DNA from: an uncultured delta proteobacterium
GTDB taxonomy: Bacteria > Desulfobacterota > Zymogenia > Zymogenales > Zymogenaceae
Reading direction: 5' to 3'
Assembly: GCA_963735595.1 (NCBI GenBank)
Contig: CAVTLK010000005.1
Span: 576,001 to 640,000, forward strand
Length of the DNA stretch: 64,000 nt
This document shows, one piece after another, positions 51,682 to 61,504 of the stretch (the stretch's first letter is position 1; each line of letters begins with the position of its first letter). The position numbers and the translations under genes were made by a program. The notes below the pieces were generated by a model. That model was not told the origin of the DNA. It worked only from the letters and a program-made list of their open reading frames with translations, and ran no database searches.

Positions 51682-52869
51682 ATGAAAATCCTGCTGGTAA
51701 CGAGCTCTTTTCCCCGCTGGCCGGGGGATTGGGCGGGGGTATTTATCCTGAGCCTCGGGCGCGCCCTGGCGGTGCGCGGGCACGAGATAACCGTCCTCTG
51801 CCCTCATGCCCGGGGCCTGCCGCTGCGCGACGAGATGGACGGCGTACGTATCGAGCGTTTTCGCTATGCGTGGCCGGCCTCACTTCAGACGCTGGCCTAC
51901 GGCGGGGGCATGCTTAACAACGTGAGACAGAACCGGCTGCGGATGCTCCTGGTCGTGCCGTATGTACTGGCGCTGGGGATGCGAATGAGGGCGCTGTTAC
52001 GCAGACATGATATCGTCAATGCGCATTTCCTGATTCCCCAGGGGTTTACGGCCCGGCTCTTTAATGTCCGGGCCGTCGTCAGCCTCCACGGGACCGACGT
52101 GAACCTGAGCATGGGGGCGCTGGGTCGGCGCATCGTCCGCTTCGGCCTTTCGGAGGCGCCGGCGGTGACCGCCAACAGCGCGGCCACCGCGGCCCGCGCG
52201 GCCGGGATCGTCCGCGGCGATCGTCTGAGGGTTATCCCGATGGGCGTCGATGCCGCGGCTTTCCGCCCGGCGGGAAAACGGGCCGAGGCGTTCGGAAAAG
52301 ATGCTCCCCCCAGGATCATCTGTGTGGGGCGGCTCATCGCCCTCAAGGGCCAGCGGCACCTGATCGGGGCGCTGACGGCGATACGGGAGCAGATTCCCGG
52401 CGCGACCGTTACGCTGGTAGGAGACGGCCCGGACAGGGATTCATTGCTGCGGCACGCCCGGAAGTCCGGCGTTGCCGACGCCGTACGATTTATCGGTGAG
52501 GCGCCGCACGAGCGGATCGCGGGTCTCCTGGGCGAACACGATATCTTCGTATTGCCCTCCGTTATTCTCCCGAGCGGGGAGACCGAAGGGCTGGGAACGG
52601 TCCTCCTGGAGGCAATGGCGGCCGGGGTTCCCGTTATCGGGAGCGCGGTGGGGGGGATACCCGACATCATCAGGGACGGACGAAACGGGCTCCTGGTGCC
52701 CCCGCAGTCGCCCGACGCGATCGCCCGGGCAGTGGTGCGAATCGCGACGGACAGGGACCTGCGGGAGAGCCTGACGGAATCGGCCCGGCGGGACGTAGAG
52801 GAGCGCTTTTCCTGGGAGGTCATAGCGCAACAATTCGAGAAACTCTTTACTGACGTGATCGGCGAATAA
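51682..52869 (+). CDS. GT4 glycosyltransferase
   Basis: SLHGTD, VGRLIALKG, EGLGTVLLEAMAAG. Confidence 0.92.
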   Translation: MKILLVTSSFPRWPGDWAGVFILSLGRALAVRGHEITVLCPHARGLPLRDEMDGVRIERFRYAWPASLQTLAYGGGMLNNVRQNRLRMLLVVPYVLALGMRMRALLRRHDIVNAHFLIPQGFTARLFNVRAVVSLHGTDVNLSMGALGRRIVRFGLSEAPAVTANSAATAARAAGIVRGDRLRVIPMGVDAAAFRPAGKRAEAFGKDAPPRIICVGRLIALKGQRHLIGALTAIREQIPGATVTLVGDGPDRDSLLRHARKSGVADAVRFIGEAPHERIAGLLGEHDIFVLPSVILPSGETEGLGTVLLEAMAAGVPVIGSAVGGIPDIIRDGRNGLLVPPQSPDAIARAVVRIATDRDLRESLTESARRDVEERFSWEVIAQQFEKLFTDVIGE

Positions 52870-52874
52870 ATATT

Positions 52875-53840
52875 ATGGATACGGTACAAGAAGGAAAAGA
52901 CGTCCTTGCCATTGAGCGGGACGCCGTCGGCAGCCTCATAGACCGCCTCGGGGATGAATTCGTCCGGGCGGTGGATTTGCTGTCAGGCGTCAAGGGCCGC
53001 ATTATCATCACGGGGATAGGCAAGTCGGGCATCGTGGCGCGGAAGATAGCCGCCACCCTCTCCTCTACCGGGAGCCCGGCGGTCTTTCTCAACTCGGCCG
53101 AGGGGCTCCACGGTGATATTGGGGTGGTCACCGCTGACGACCTGGTGCTTGCCCTCTCCTACAGCGGCACCAGCGAGGAAGTGTTGAAGCTCATCCCCTA
53201 TTTTCGCTGGATGAAGGTACCCATCATCGCGATGACCGGGGCGGTGAAGTCCACGCTGGCTCAGCAGGCTGATGTTGTCCTGGACATCCGGGTCGATAAG
53301 GAGGCCTGCCCCTGGGATATCGTTCCCACCGCCTCCACCACGGCGGCCCTTGCGCTCGGGGACGCCCTGGCGGTAACACTCATCAAGAAAAAGGGGATCG
53401 ACCTGTCCGATTTTGCGCATCGGCATCCCGGCGGGGCCATCGGCAGGCAGATACTGTTGTCGGTGGCCGATCTTATGCACGGGGGCGACCGGTGCCCGAA
53501 AGTGGGCGAGACGATCCTCCTGAAAGAAGCTATCTACGAGATGACGAGCAAGGGGCTGGGCATGGCCACCGTGACCGGCAAGGACGGCGCGCTCGTCGGC
53601 GTTATTACCGACGGCGATCTCAGGAGGGTATTCCAGAAATACGATAACCCCCTCATGATGGAGGTCGGCGAGCTCATGGGGAGAAACCCAAAGACCATCA
53701 AGGCCGATAAGCTGGCGGCGGAGGCTCTCAGGGTGCTGGAGGATCACGCCATTACGTCGCTGGTCATCATCGATGACGGCAATCGTCCGGTGGGGGTCAT
53801 CCACATTCACGACATCCTTAAGGTGGGCATAACGCTGTGA
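52875..53840 (+). CDS. kdsD: Arabinose-5-phosphate isomerase (KpsF/GutQ; SIS plus CBS)
   Basis: GIGKSG, HGDIG, EACP, PTASTT, HPGG, CBS pair. Confidence 0.92.
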   Translation: MDTVQEGKDVLAIERDAVGSLIDRLGDEFVRAVDLLSGVKGRIIITGIGKSGIVARKIAATLSSTGSPAVFLNSAEGLHGDIGVVTADDLVLALSYSGTSEEVLKLIPYFRWMKVPIIAMTGAVKSTLAQQADVVLDIRVDKEACPWDIVPTASTTAALALGDALAVTLIKKKGIDLSDFAHRHPGGAIGRQILLSVADLMHGGDRCPKVGETILLKEAIYEMTSKGLGMATVTGKDGALVGVITDGDLRRVFQKYDNPLMMEVGELMGRNPKTIKADKLAAEALRVLEDHAITSLVIIDDGNRPVGVIHIHDILKVGITL

Positions 53841-54820
53841 AGACGATCCTGGTTGTCGGCGGGGCGGGCTACATCGGGAGCCACGCGGTAAAAGCCCTCA
53901 TGGCGGAGGGCTATCACCCGGTCGTGCTGGATAACCTCTCCCGCGGCCACCGGGACGCGGTGCTCTGTCCAGATTTCATCCAGGCAGACCTGGCCGACGG
54001 CACAGCCCTCGCCCGCGCCTTTATCGATTACCGGGTCGATGCCGTTATGCACTTTGCCGCGTTGACCTACGTCGGGGAATCGGTGGAGGATCCCGCCAGG
54101 TACTACAACAACAACGTCGTGGGATGTATCAACCTCCTTTCTGCCATGCGGGAGGCCGGTACCGACAAGGTCATATTCTCTTCCACGGCCGCCGTCTATG
54201 GGAATCCCCGGGAGATTCCCATCACCGAAGATCACCCCCGTGACCCGATCAATCCCTACGGCATGACCAAGTACGTCATGGAACGGGCGATGGAGGACTA
54301 TTCGACCGCCTACGGGCTCAGGTTTGTGTCGCTTCGCTACTTCAACGCGGCCGGCGCCGATCCGGACGGCGAGCTGGGTGAGCGCCACGATCCCGAGACC
54401 CACCTGATCCCGGCGATACTCATGGCGGCCGGCGGCAGGCGCGACGAAATCGTCGTCTTCGGCGACGACTACCCGACGCCCGACGGCACGTGCGTCCGGG
54501 ACTATATTCACGTAACCGACCTGATAGACGCGCATCTGTGCGCCGTTGACCGGCTTTTTGCCGGAGGAGGCAACGGATACTACAACCTCGGCAGCCAGCG
54601 GGGACATTCGGTCAGGGAGGTCATCGAGGCCGTTCGGGCGGTGACCGGCCGCTCGTTTCCCGTCAGGATCGGACCCCGGCGGGCAGGAGACCCGCCGACG
54701 CTCGTCGCCTCTTCGCAGAGGGCGGCGGCCGAGCTCGGGTGGCGTCCCGCCCACACCGATCTCACGGACATGGTCGGGACCGCGTGGCGGTTCATGCTGA
54801 AGCGGGGAATGGTCGGATGA
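53837..54820 (+). CDS. galE: UDP-glucose 4-epimerase
   Basis: GGAGYIGSH, SSTAAVYG, YGMTK, LRYFN, DGTCVRDYIHV. Confidence 0.93.
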   Translation: MKTILVVGGAGYIGSHAVKALMAEGYHPVVLDNLSRGHRDAVLCPDFIQADLADGTALARAFIDYRVDAVMHFAALTYVGESVEDPARYYNNNVVGCINLLSAMREAGTDKVIFSSTAAVYGNPREIPITEDHPRDPINPYGMTKYVMERAMEDYSTAYGLRFVSLRYFNAAGADPDGELGERHDPETHLIPAILMAAGGRRDEIVVFGDDYPTPDGTCVRDYIHVTDLIDAHLCAVDRLFAGGGNGYYNLGSQRGHSVREVIEAVRAVTGRSFPVRIGPRRAGDPPTLVASSQRAAAELGWRPAHTDLTDMVGTAWRFMLKRGMVG

Positions 54821-55521
54821 AGGTATGGGGGGTGGTTCCGGCCGCGGGCGCGGGCACACGGATGGGTACGGGGGAGCCCAAGCAATACCGGGAGGCGGCG
54901 GGGGCGCCGATCCTGATACATACGCTGAGGGCCCTGCTGGATTCGGGGGCCGTTGAGGGGATCACGGTGGCGGCCGCCGCCGACTGGATCGACCGCGCCC
55001 GGGAACTCGTGACCCGGTATCTGACAGATGCGGCGCCCGTTTCGGTCGTTGCGGGCGGGGCAACCCGGCAGCAGTCCGTCGGCCGGGCGCTGATGTCGCT
55101 GGCGGGTACGGGGATTGAGATCGTCGTAATCCACGACGCGGCGCGCCCCCTGGTGACGGGCCGGGCCGTTCGGGACGCCGTGGAGGCGGCCCGGCGGCAT
55201 GGGGCGGCGGTGGCGGCAGTCCCGGCGGCGGAGGCCTCCTGCCTGACACGGGACGGCCTGGTTGCCGAATATATCGACCGCGGCCGCCACGTCATCATCC
55301 AGACGCCGCAGGCCTTTCGCTACGACCTGATCATGAAGGCCCACGAACGGGCCGCGGCAGACGGGATAACCGACGCCGTGGACGATGGGACGTTAGTCTT
55401 CCGGCTCGGCGAACCGGTGGCGGTTACCGACGGAGACCCGGATAACATAAAAGTCACCTACCTGACGGACGCCCTGAGACTCGAGAGAATAGGGGTGCCG
55501 GCCGACAGGGACGGCGCGTGA
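54817..55521 (+). CDS. ispD: IspD/TarI-family cytidylyltransferase
   Basis: AAGAGTRM, PKQY, GGATRQQSV, IHDAARP, QTPQAF, NIKVT. Confidence 0.8.
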   Translation: MKVWGVVPAAGAGTRMGTGEPKQYREAAGAPILIHTLRALLDSGAVEGITVAAAADWIDRARELVTRYLTDAAPVSVVAGGATRQQSVGRALMSLAGTGIEIVVIHDAARPLVTGRAVRDAVEAARRHGAAVAAVPAAEASCLTRDGLVAEYIDRGRHVIIQTPQAFRYDLIMKAHERAAADGITDAVDDGTLVFRLGEPVAVTDGDPDNIKVTYLTDALRLERIGVPADRDGA

Positions 55522-55674
55522 TTGCGCCACGTGTCCCGTTTCCGGGCCGGGGACATGAAACGGCTGCCCGACCGGAAATCCCGTCTCCCTCACCTATCCA
55601 CATCCGAGGGTAATCCACCGAGTTGGAGGTAACCGGAGATGTACGGCCGCGGCCGCATGGGTGGTCCGGCGGTC

Positions 55675-56724
55675 CTACCGCTTTCGCTTTCCAAAGGCCT
55701 CCTCAAAAAACTGCGCCGCACCCCGGGCCGAATCCTCGGGCCTGATAATCGTCAGGACCTCGTGGTGGAGCAGCTCGAAGTAATTTACGTCGCTAGCGCC
55801 GACGGGCGGCAGGAGGGTTCGCGGAACGATCCGTGCATGGGTGGGGAACGCGGGGTCGTCGGTAGGGGCCGAAAACAGGGCCATGTTGAAGCTCGCAAAG
55901 TTCAGGGAGGCCAGGTACCGCAGGACGGTCGCCATACCGAGTGCGAAGGTCTTGAAGCCCGACTCATCGGTTCGGGTGATCGGGCCGCCGTCGGTAAAGA
56001 TCGCCAGGAACTCGGTGATGCCCAGGGGGGCAAACGATGAGAGCCAGACGATGTCTCCGGTCCGGGCGATGAAACGCTCCGCGTTATGCTCTTCGCGCTC
56101 GATCAGGTCGTCGAAATAGCCGGTGCCGTGTGTTAGTTTGTACTCGCGGAAGCTGCCGGCGTGTTCGCGCTGGTAATAGGTGGGGACGTCTCCCGCGATC
56201 AACTGGATGTGGGGGTGCAGGATGCTTCCCCCCGCAGACGGCATATAGTTCATGTTGATCGAAAGATACGCGCACCGGGGGTCCAGCGCGTTGATCCTCG
56301 CGAGGTATTCACGGCCCGCCAGCAATCCGTCCTCGAGCTCGCGGACGTCGAAGGCATCCATTTTTACGTAGTGACCCTCCGTTACGACGGCCACCGCGCT
56401 GTGGGCGTCGTAGGGGAAGGCGTTGGGAAATACAACGGCGCTGCCCCGGACAAGTCTCCCCTCGGGGGCGATGTCTTCGAGAAACCGCGGCGTTTTCTCA
56501 AACACCGCCGGCCTGCAGAATGGACAAAACTGCCTGGTTAACTCGGCAAGCTGGCTCTGGTCGGGCGGCGGAGGAAGGGTCACGGGAAAGTAGATGATCC
56601 GCGACGACCTGCCCGTCAGGGGATCGATCCTGATCTCGGTAGGCCGCCGGGTTTTCTGGAAATTATTGAAGGGATCGTAGAAGACCGCGTTTTTGGTAAT
56701 CGATCGAAATTCGATAGGTTTCAT
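55675..56724 (-). CDS. galT: Galactose-1-phosphate uridylyltransferase-like (HIT superfamily)
   Basis: RIDPLTG, CPFC, PNAFP, GGSILHPHIQ. Confidence 0.75.
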   Translation of the reverse strand: MKPIEFRSITKNAVFYDPFNNFQKTRRPTEIRIDPLTGRSSRIIYFPVTLPPPPDQSQLAELTRQFCPFCRPAVFEKTPRFLEDIAPEGRLVRGSAVVFPNAFPYDAHSAVAVVTEGHYVKMDAFDVRELEDGLLAGREYLARINALDPRCAYLSINMNYMPSAGGSILHPHIQLIAGDVPTYYQREHAGSFREYKLTHGTGYFDDLIEREEHNAERFIARTGDIVWLSSFAPLGITEFLAIFTDGGPITRTDESGFKTFALGMATVLRYLASLNFASFNMALFSAPTDDPAFPTHARIVPRTLLPPVGASDVNYFELLHHEVLTIIRPEDSARGAAQFFEEAFGKRKR

Positions 56725-56727
56725 GGG

Positions 56728-57366
56728 TCAACCTCTCTTGCCGGAGTCGGACGTCTTCTTCTTTTTATGCCGCGCCGCGGCCACCATGACGACGATATAG
56801 AGGATAAGTGCTGCGCTGATGAAGACGAAGACGACCGTGGAATAGACCTGAACGAAGTGCTTCATCTTCTCCCACTGCTGCCCGAGGCGGTAACCGAGAT
56901 AGAATATCCCCACATTCCATGCCGTGATCGATATCAGGCTGTAAACGGCCACCGTGAGCAGCGGCATCCGGGCGATGCCGGCGGCAACGAAAAAGAAGGG
57001 CCGGAATCCGGGAGCGAACCGATTTAGCGCGATAATGATTCCCCCCCACCGGGCAAACCGGTTTTCGAGGGCGCGCACCTTATCGGCGGAGAAGAAAGGG
57101 AAATCCTTCTTGATAAAGTAGTCCCTTCCCTTGGTCTTGCCCAGGGCATAGATGCCCAGCGACCCGACGAGGCTGCCGAGCGAGCCCGTCAGAAAAACCA
57201 GCCAGATTGGCAGGATGTCGCGCCCGGCAAGGAAGGCGCCGAAGAGGAAGACCGTATCGCCGGGAAACGGTGGGAAGACATATTCGATGATGGAGCCGAG
57301 AAAGAGGACGATAACGGCGATTGGGAGTGCCTGGGTTTGAAGCAGGTGGATAAACAGCTGTTCCAT
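56728..57366 (-). CDS. DedA family membrane protein
   Basis: FPPFPGD, RFAPGFR, AGI. Confidence 0.88.
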   Translation of the reverse strand: MEQLFIHLLQTQALPIAVIVLFLGSIIEYVFPPFPGDTVFLFGAFLAGRDILPIWLVFLTGSLGSLVGSLGIYALGKTKGRDYFIKKDFPFFSADKVRALENRFARWGGIIIALNRFAPGFRPFFFVAAGIARMPLLTVAVYSLISITAWNVGIFYLGYRLGQQWEKMKHFVQVYSTVVFVFISAALILYIVVMVAAARHKKKKTSDSGKRG

Positions 57367-57578
57367 CGTTACCAAAAAGAGGTGCGTTATGCTTCGACCG
57401 TCGCGCCGCTGAAGCGGCAGGGCCGGGGTACGGCCTATAAAGTCAACGGCGCCCGCGATCGCGCGGCGCTCGACGCGCGACGCCATACGTGCCCGACACG
57501 ATAGCGCGTAATTCACGCGCTACCCCGCGAAACGCAGGGGCGCGGTGACGGGCCCGAGATAGTACGGGGAGGTGAACC

Positions 57579-58118
57579 CTACTTGGCCAGCGACAGGAAC
57601 TGCTTGACGCGCTCGTCGGAGTCCCAATATTCGGCCCCGACGGATTTATCGACGATCGTCCCGTCCTTATCGATGATGTAGGTGGTGGGGATTCCCGAGA
57701 TGAGGTATATATCCGCCACCTTCTGTTCGGGATCATGAAGGACGGTAAAGCTGTAATGGTTCGGTGAAATCATATTCCTGAGCTGCGTGGTTTCAAAGCC
57801 GTCGATACTCACCGCCAGAATGATAAAATCCTGTCCTTCCATTTCCCTGCTCAGGCGCTCGATAGAGGGCATCTCGGACCGACATGGAGGGCACCAGGTA
57901 GCCCAGAAATTGAGGAAGACGACCTGTCCCCGGTAATCGGAGAGCCGAACGCTTTTCCCGTCAACCGTGTTGAGAACGAAATCCGGCGCCGCCGCTCCTA
58001 CGGCCGCTTTGGTGCCGGTCTCGGCGGGTGCCCCCTGCCGCCCGCAGGAAAAGACGACGAACAAAATAACGAAAAAAATAACGGCTGAGACCGAAAAGGT
58101 CTTCCGTGTTCTATTCAT
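57579..58118 (-). CDS. TlpA/ResA-like thiol-disulfide oxidoreductase lipoprotein
   Basis: Lipobox FSC, APDF, NFWATWCPPCRSEMP, GIPTT. Confidence 0.92.
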   Translation of the reverse strand: MNRTRKTFSVSAVIFFVILFVVFSCGRQGAPAETGTKAAVGAAAPDFVLNTVDGKSVRLSDYRGQVVFLNFWATWCPPCRSEMPSIERLSREMEGQDFIILAVSIDGFETTQLRNMISPNHYSFTVLHDPEQKVADIYLISGIPTTYIIDKDGTIVDKSVGAEYWDSDERVKQFLSLAK

Positions 58119-58287
58119 GGCGATTCCTTTTTTTGAACCTTATTGATTTATATCATAAAGACAGGCGCTTCGCCACACATTTTTTTGAAGGCGTTTTTTG
58201 AAGACCACGGTGGTCGTTAAATGATTACGTATCAGGCGAAATAACGATCGATGTATCGAAAACAATAATTAAAATTTCCTAATAGGC

Positions 58288-58316
58288 TTGACAGTCATTT
58301 GTTTTTTTCTTATAGT
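58288..58316 (+). promoter_or_regulatory. sigma70 promoter
   Basis: TTGACA (58288-58293), 17 nt, TATAGT (58311-58316). Confidence 0.75.
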
Positions 58317-58395
58317 CTGTGGCACATATCATAAAATACTACTATCTTTCATGTAGCCATGTAGCATGTAAAGTTTCATCGGGCTGTTCGCTATC

Positions 58396-59295
58396 ATGAT
58401 TAAGAAGTCCTACTTTTCCATTATTATCGCCGGCGATCGTTCGGAACGCGCCCATATGTTCCGCACGATCACGCTCTCGAATATCACCCTCGTAATCCTC
58501 GGCCTCCTGTTTCTCGGAGGCGTTGTCGGATTCGGTTTCATGTTCCATGCCTATTTGAACACGTCCGTCAAGATCAGGGAGATTTCGGCCCTCCGGCAGG
58601 AAAACGGGTATCTCAGGGGCCAGCTCGATGAATTCGAGGACTCCTACGATCGGGTCTCGACGCGTCTGAAGTCGGTCAAGGAGATGGACGAAGAGCTGAG
58701 GACCTTGACCGCCGTAGAAGGGCCTAAGGAACAGGACGAGCTGTTTGGGATAGGCGGGCCGCAATACGAGGAGGTCTCCCTGAACGAGCTCGAACGGCGC
58801 CATGACGATCTTTCCGATCAGGTGCGCCAGGACCTTGACCGTCTGCTTGCCGAGTCCAAACGGCAGGAGGAGAGCTTCAACGAGCTGACGTGTATCCTGG
58901 AAGAACAGAGAAACATCATGGACTGCACGCCGGCCGTCTGGCCCACCAGGGGATTTCTCACCTCAAAGTTCGGCATGCGCTGGGGCAGGCTCCACGCCGG
59001 CATAGACATCGCCAACAAGGTCGGCACCATCATCACGGCCCCGGCCGACGGCGTCGTGATCTTTATCGGCATCAAGCAGGGTTACGGCAATTTTATGAGC
59101 ATCGGCCACGGCTACGGGATCAGCACCCACTACGGCCACCTCTATACCGCCCTGGTGAAGGTGGGCGATAAGGTCAAGCGGGGCGATAAGATTGCCACGA
59201 TCGGGAACACCGGCCGCACCACCGGCCCCCACCTCCATTACGAAGTGCTTCTCAACGGGTTGCACGTCGATCCCCTCTACTATATCCTGAACTGA
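58396..59295 (+). CDS. M23 metallopeptidase with TM helix and coiled coil
   Basis: HAGID, YGHL, TGPHLHYEV. Confidence 0.92.
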   Translation: MIKKSYFSIIIAGDRSERAHMFRTITLSNITLVILGLLFLGGVVGFGFMFHAYLNTSVKIREISALRQENGYLRGQLDEFEDSYDRVSTRLKSVKEMDEELRTLTAVEGPKEQDELFGIGGPQYEEVSLNELERRHDDLSDQVRQDLDRLLAESKRQEESFNELTCILEEQRNIMDCTPAVWPTRGFLTSKFGMRWGRLHAGIDIANKVGTIITAPADGVVIFIGIKQGYGNFMSIGHGYGISTHYGHLYTALVKVGDKVKRGDKIATIGNTGRTTGPHLHYEVLLNGLHVDPLYYILN

Positions 59296-59359
59296 TCAAA
59301 ATCCGCCGCGGCTAACCAGCCTCTTATTAATCCGTGGACCCTCGCAGAAGGGAGCTATA

Positions 59360-59779
59360 ATGAACCGAGATCATTTGCCGGGTATTACGGTTGCCTCAAT
59401 TGTTCTAATATTGTGTGTGCAGGTTTTAGGGGCGGGGACGCTCTATGGCCAGATCGAGGATATCTCGATGTGGCTTGAAAAGACGCATTTTGTCGCGGGA
59501 GAAACGATCGTCGTTCATTTCACTGCGCCGGAAGGCTTTTCCCCGAACTCCTGGATCGGTCTTATGCCAAAGGGCATCCCCCACGGCTACGAGGTGAGCA
59601 AGGATCAGTACGATGTCAGGGCGGATACGATCCAATACATGTATTTGGATGGGAAGACGTCGGGCGTTTTGGTCTTTATAGCTCCTCCGCAACCGGGGAT
59701 GTACGATTTCCGTATGTACGAGGGAAAACCCGGCTGGGAGGAGATGGGCTCGATGTCGTTCTTTATCGTTGCCCGCTGA
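59360..59779 (+). CDS. Hypothetical exported beta-rich protein
   Basis: Signal peptide; SWIGL, YMYL, PGMYDFR (Ig-like pattern). Confidence 0.6.
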   Translation: MNRDHLPGITVASIVLILCVQVLGAGTLYGQIEDISMWLEKTHFVAGETIVVHFTAPEGFSPNSWIGLMPKGIPHGYEVSKDQYDVRADTIQYMYLDGKTSGVLVFIAPPQPGMYDFRMYEGKPGWEEMGSMSFFIVAR

Positions 59780-59920
59780 CGGTAATCCCGCGCGAGGTCG
59801 GTTGCTTTATCCGCGAACCTTTGTTACTCTGCCCTCGTTTTTGTCTATTCTGGGGAGGGAGCGCTTGAGCGCTCCCTCCCCGGTTTATTTATGTTCCATT
59901 TCCGACGTGACCGCTCCCCA

Positions 59921-61210
59921 TCAGGCAGTCTCTTCCTCGATGATTTCGTGTTTTACCTTCTTGACGTCGGCAGCGTAGTGACGCGAGCCGATGAGAAAGA
60001 GGATTCCGGCGATAAGTCCGGCCGCAGGCGCGATAAAGAGCGCCATCTTGACCCCGTAGGCCCCGCCGCCGAGAGAGTCGGAGATCAACCCGATCCCCGC
60101 GGGCGCCCATCCGCCGCCCAAGAGGTAGATAACCAGGATGATCATCCCCCATGACATCCCCTTCATACCGGGCGTAACGACGTCCTGGGTGATGGTATGG
60201 ATGGAGGGAAGGCCCAGCATAAGGAATATCCCGAAGGCAAACATCAGGATCAACCCGATCCCGGACACATCCATTATCAGCGCGGGAACCAGCAGGGCCG
60301 CAGCGGTCAGGTCACCGACCACCGGCACGAGCATCCTGCCGCGCGGATTGGTCTTCTGCCAGAAATCGGCAAGGAACCCGCCGAGCGGCGAACCGATAAT
60401 AGCCATCAGGCTGATAATGCCCACCGTCATGCCCGCCTTGGCCTCGGTGATATTATGAGTCCGCATGAGGAACGTGGGCAGCCATACGAGGATGGAGACC
60501 GCCATGATATTGTGCATGGCGTGCCCGATGTAGAGCCACTTGAGCGTGGGGATCTTCCACAGGGAAACGAACGTGGCAAGAAATCCGGGCCTTTTGCCGG
60601 AAACAGGCGCCGATACGGTCCTATAGTCTTTCAGGAAAAACGAGGCGATCCCGAGGATGACACCGGGAACAGCGAAGACGTAAAAAGGAGTCCTCCATCC
60701 CCCGTAGTTGGCCGACAGATAGCCGCCGAGGATGTAGCCGAGGGCGGCGCCGAGCGGGACAAAGATATTGAAGATGCCCATCGCCCGTGCCCTCGATTCG
60801 GGGGGGTACGCCGCGGTGATCATCGCGGTGCCTCCCGCCGAAAAACCCGCCTCGCCGACGCCGACAATAATGCGGGGGGCAAAGACCCCCGCGAAGCTCC
60901 GGCCCAGTCCGGTTACGAAGGTGAAGACGCTCCAGATCACGGCCATGATGGCGACTGCTTTTCGACGGCTCCATCTATCGATTAGGAATGCAATGGGGAG
61001 GGAGAAGAATGAGATGCTTAAAAGGAAGATCGTATGGAGCGCCCCGGCCTGTGTGTCGGAAAGGCCGAGATCGATGCGCATCGGTTCGAGAACCGCAGAC
61101 ATCACCTGTCTGTCCATGAAATTGATCATCCAGAGGAGGGAAAGGACGATGAGAATACTATGTGCGCTCATCCCCCCCATCGGATACTCTTTCGTTTTCG
61201 CTTTTGCCAT
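59921..61210 (-). CDS. MFS transporter (spinster-like)
   Basis: NFMDRQ, DRWSRR, GVGEA, RARAMG; about 12 TM segments. Confidence 0.9.
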   Translation of the reverse strand: MAKAKTKEYPMGGMSAHSILIVLSLLWMINFMDRQVMSAVLEPMRIDLGLSDTQAGALHTIFLLSISFFSLPIAFLIDRWSRRKAVAIMAVIWSVFTFVTGLGRSFAGVFAPRIIVGVGEAGFSAGGTAMITAAYPPESRARAMGIFNIFVPLGAALGYILGGYLSANYGGWRTPFYVFAVPGVILGIASFFLKDYRTVSAPVSGKRPGFLATFVSLWKIPTLKWLYIGHAMHNIMAVSILVWLPTFLMRTHNITEAKAGMTVGIISLMAIIGSPLGGFLADFWQKTNPRGRMLVPVVGDLTAAALLVPALIMDVSGIGLILMFAFGIFLMLGLPSIHTITQDVVTPGMKGMSWGMIILVIYLLGGGWAPAGIGLISDSLGGGAYGVKMALFIAPAAGLIAGILFLIGSRHYAADVKKVKHEIIEEETA

Positions 61211-61504
61211 TGGTTACTCCTGTACCATAGTTATTTACGTACCTCCCAAACGTCTCCGTCGGTTACTTATGCACGAAAGGGCCCTTCCACCAATCTAATT
61301 TGAGAAGGGCCTCGTAACTGCCGGTACGGTGCGCTGTGCCCGATCAGGCACAAAATGCCATGGCCGGTGAAATACGGCCGAGTGTCGCGGAGGGCGGGCT
61401 CAGAGGGAAACTACCGCCGTGGCGCTATTCTATGGACCGTAATATGCGGAGGAGAGAGCGGCACAACGGGGCGATGATGGATTATCGGGGAGCAAACGAA
61501 GCGC

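Noticed and set aside
61280..61311. GGCCCTTC...GAAGGGCC inverted repeat upstream of the MFS gene
   Set aside because: An 8-bp stem with a long loop and no U tract; not enough to call a terminator or operator.
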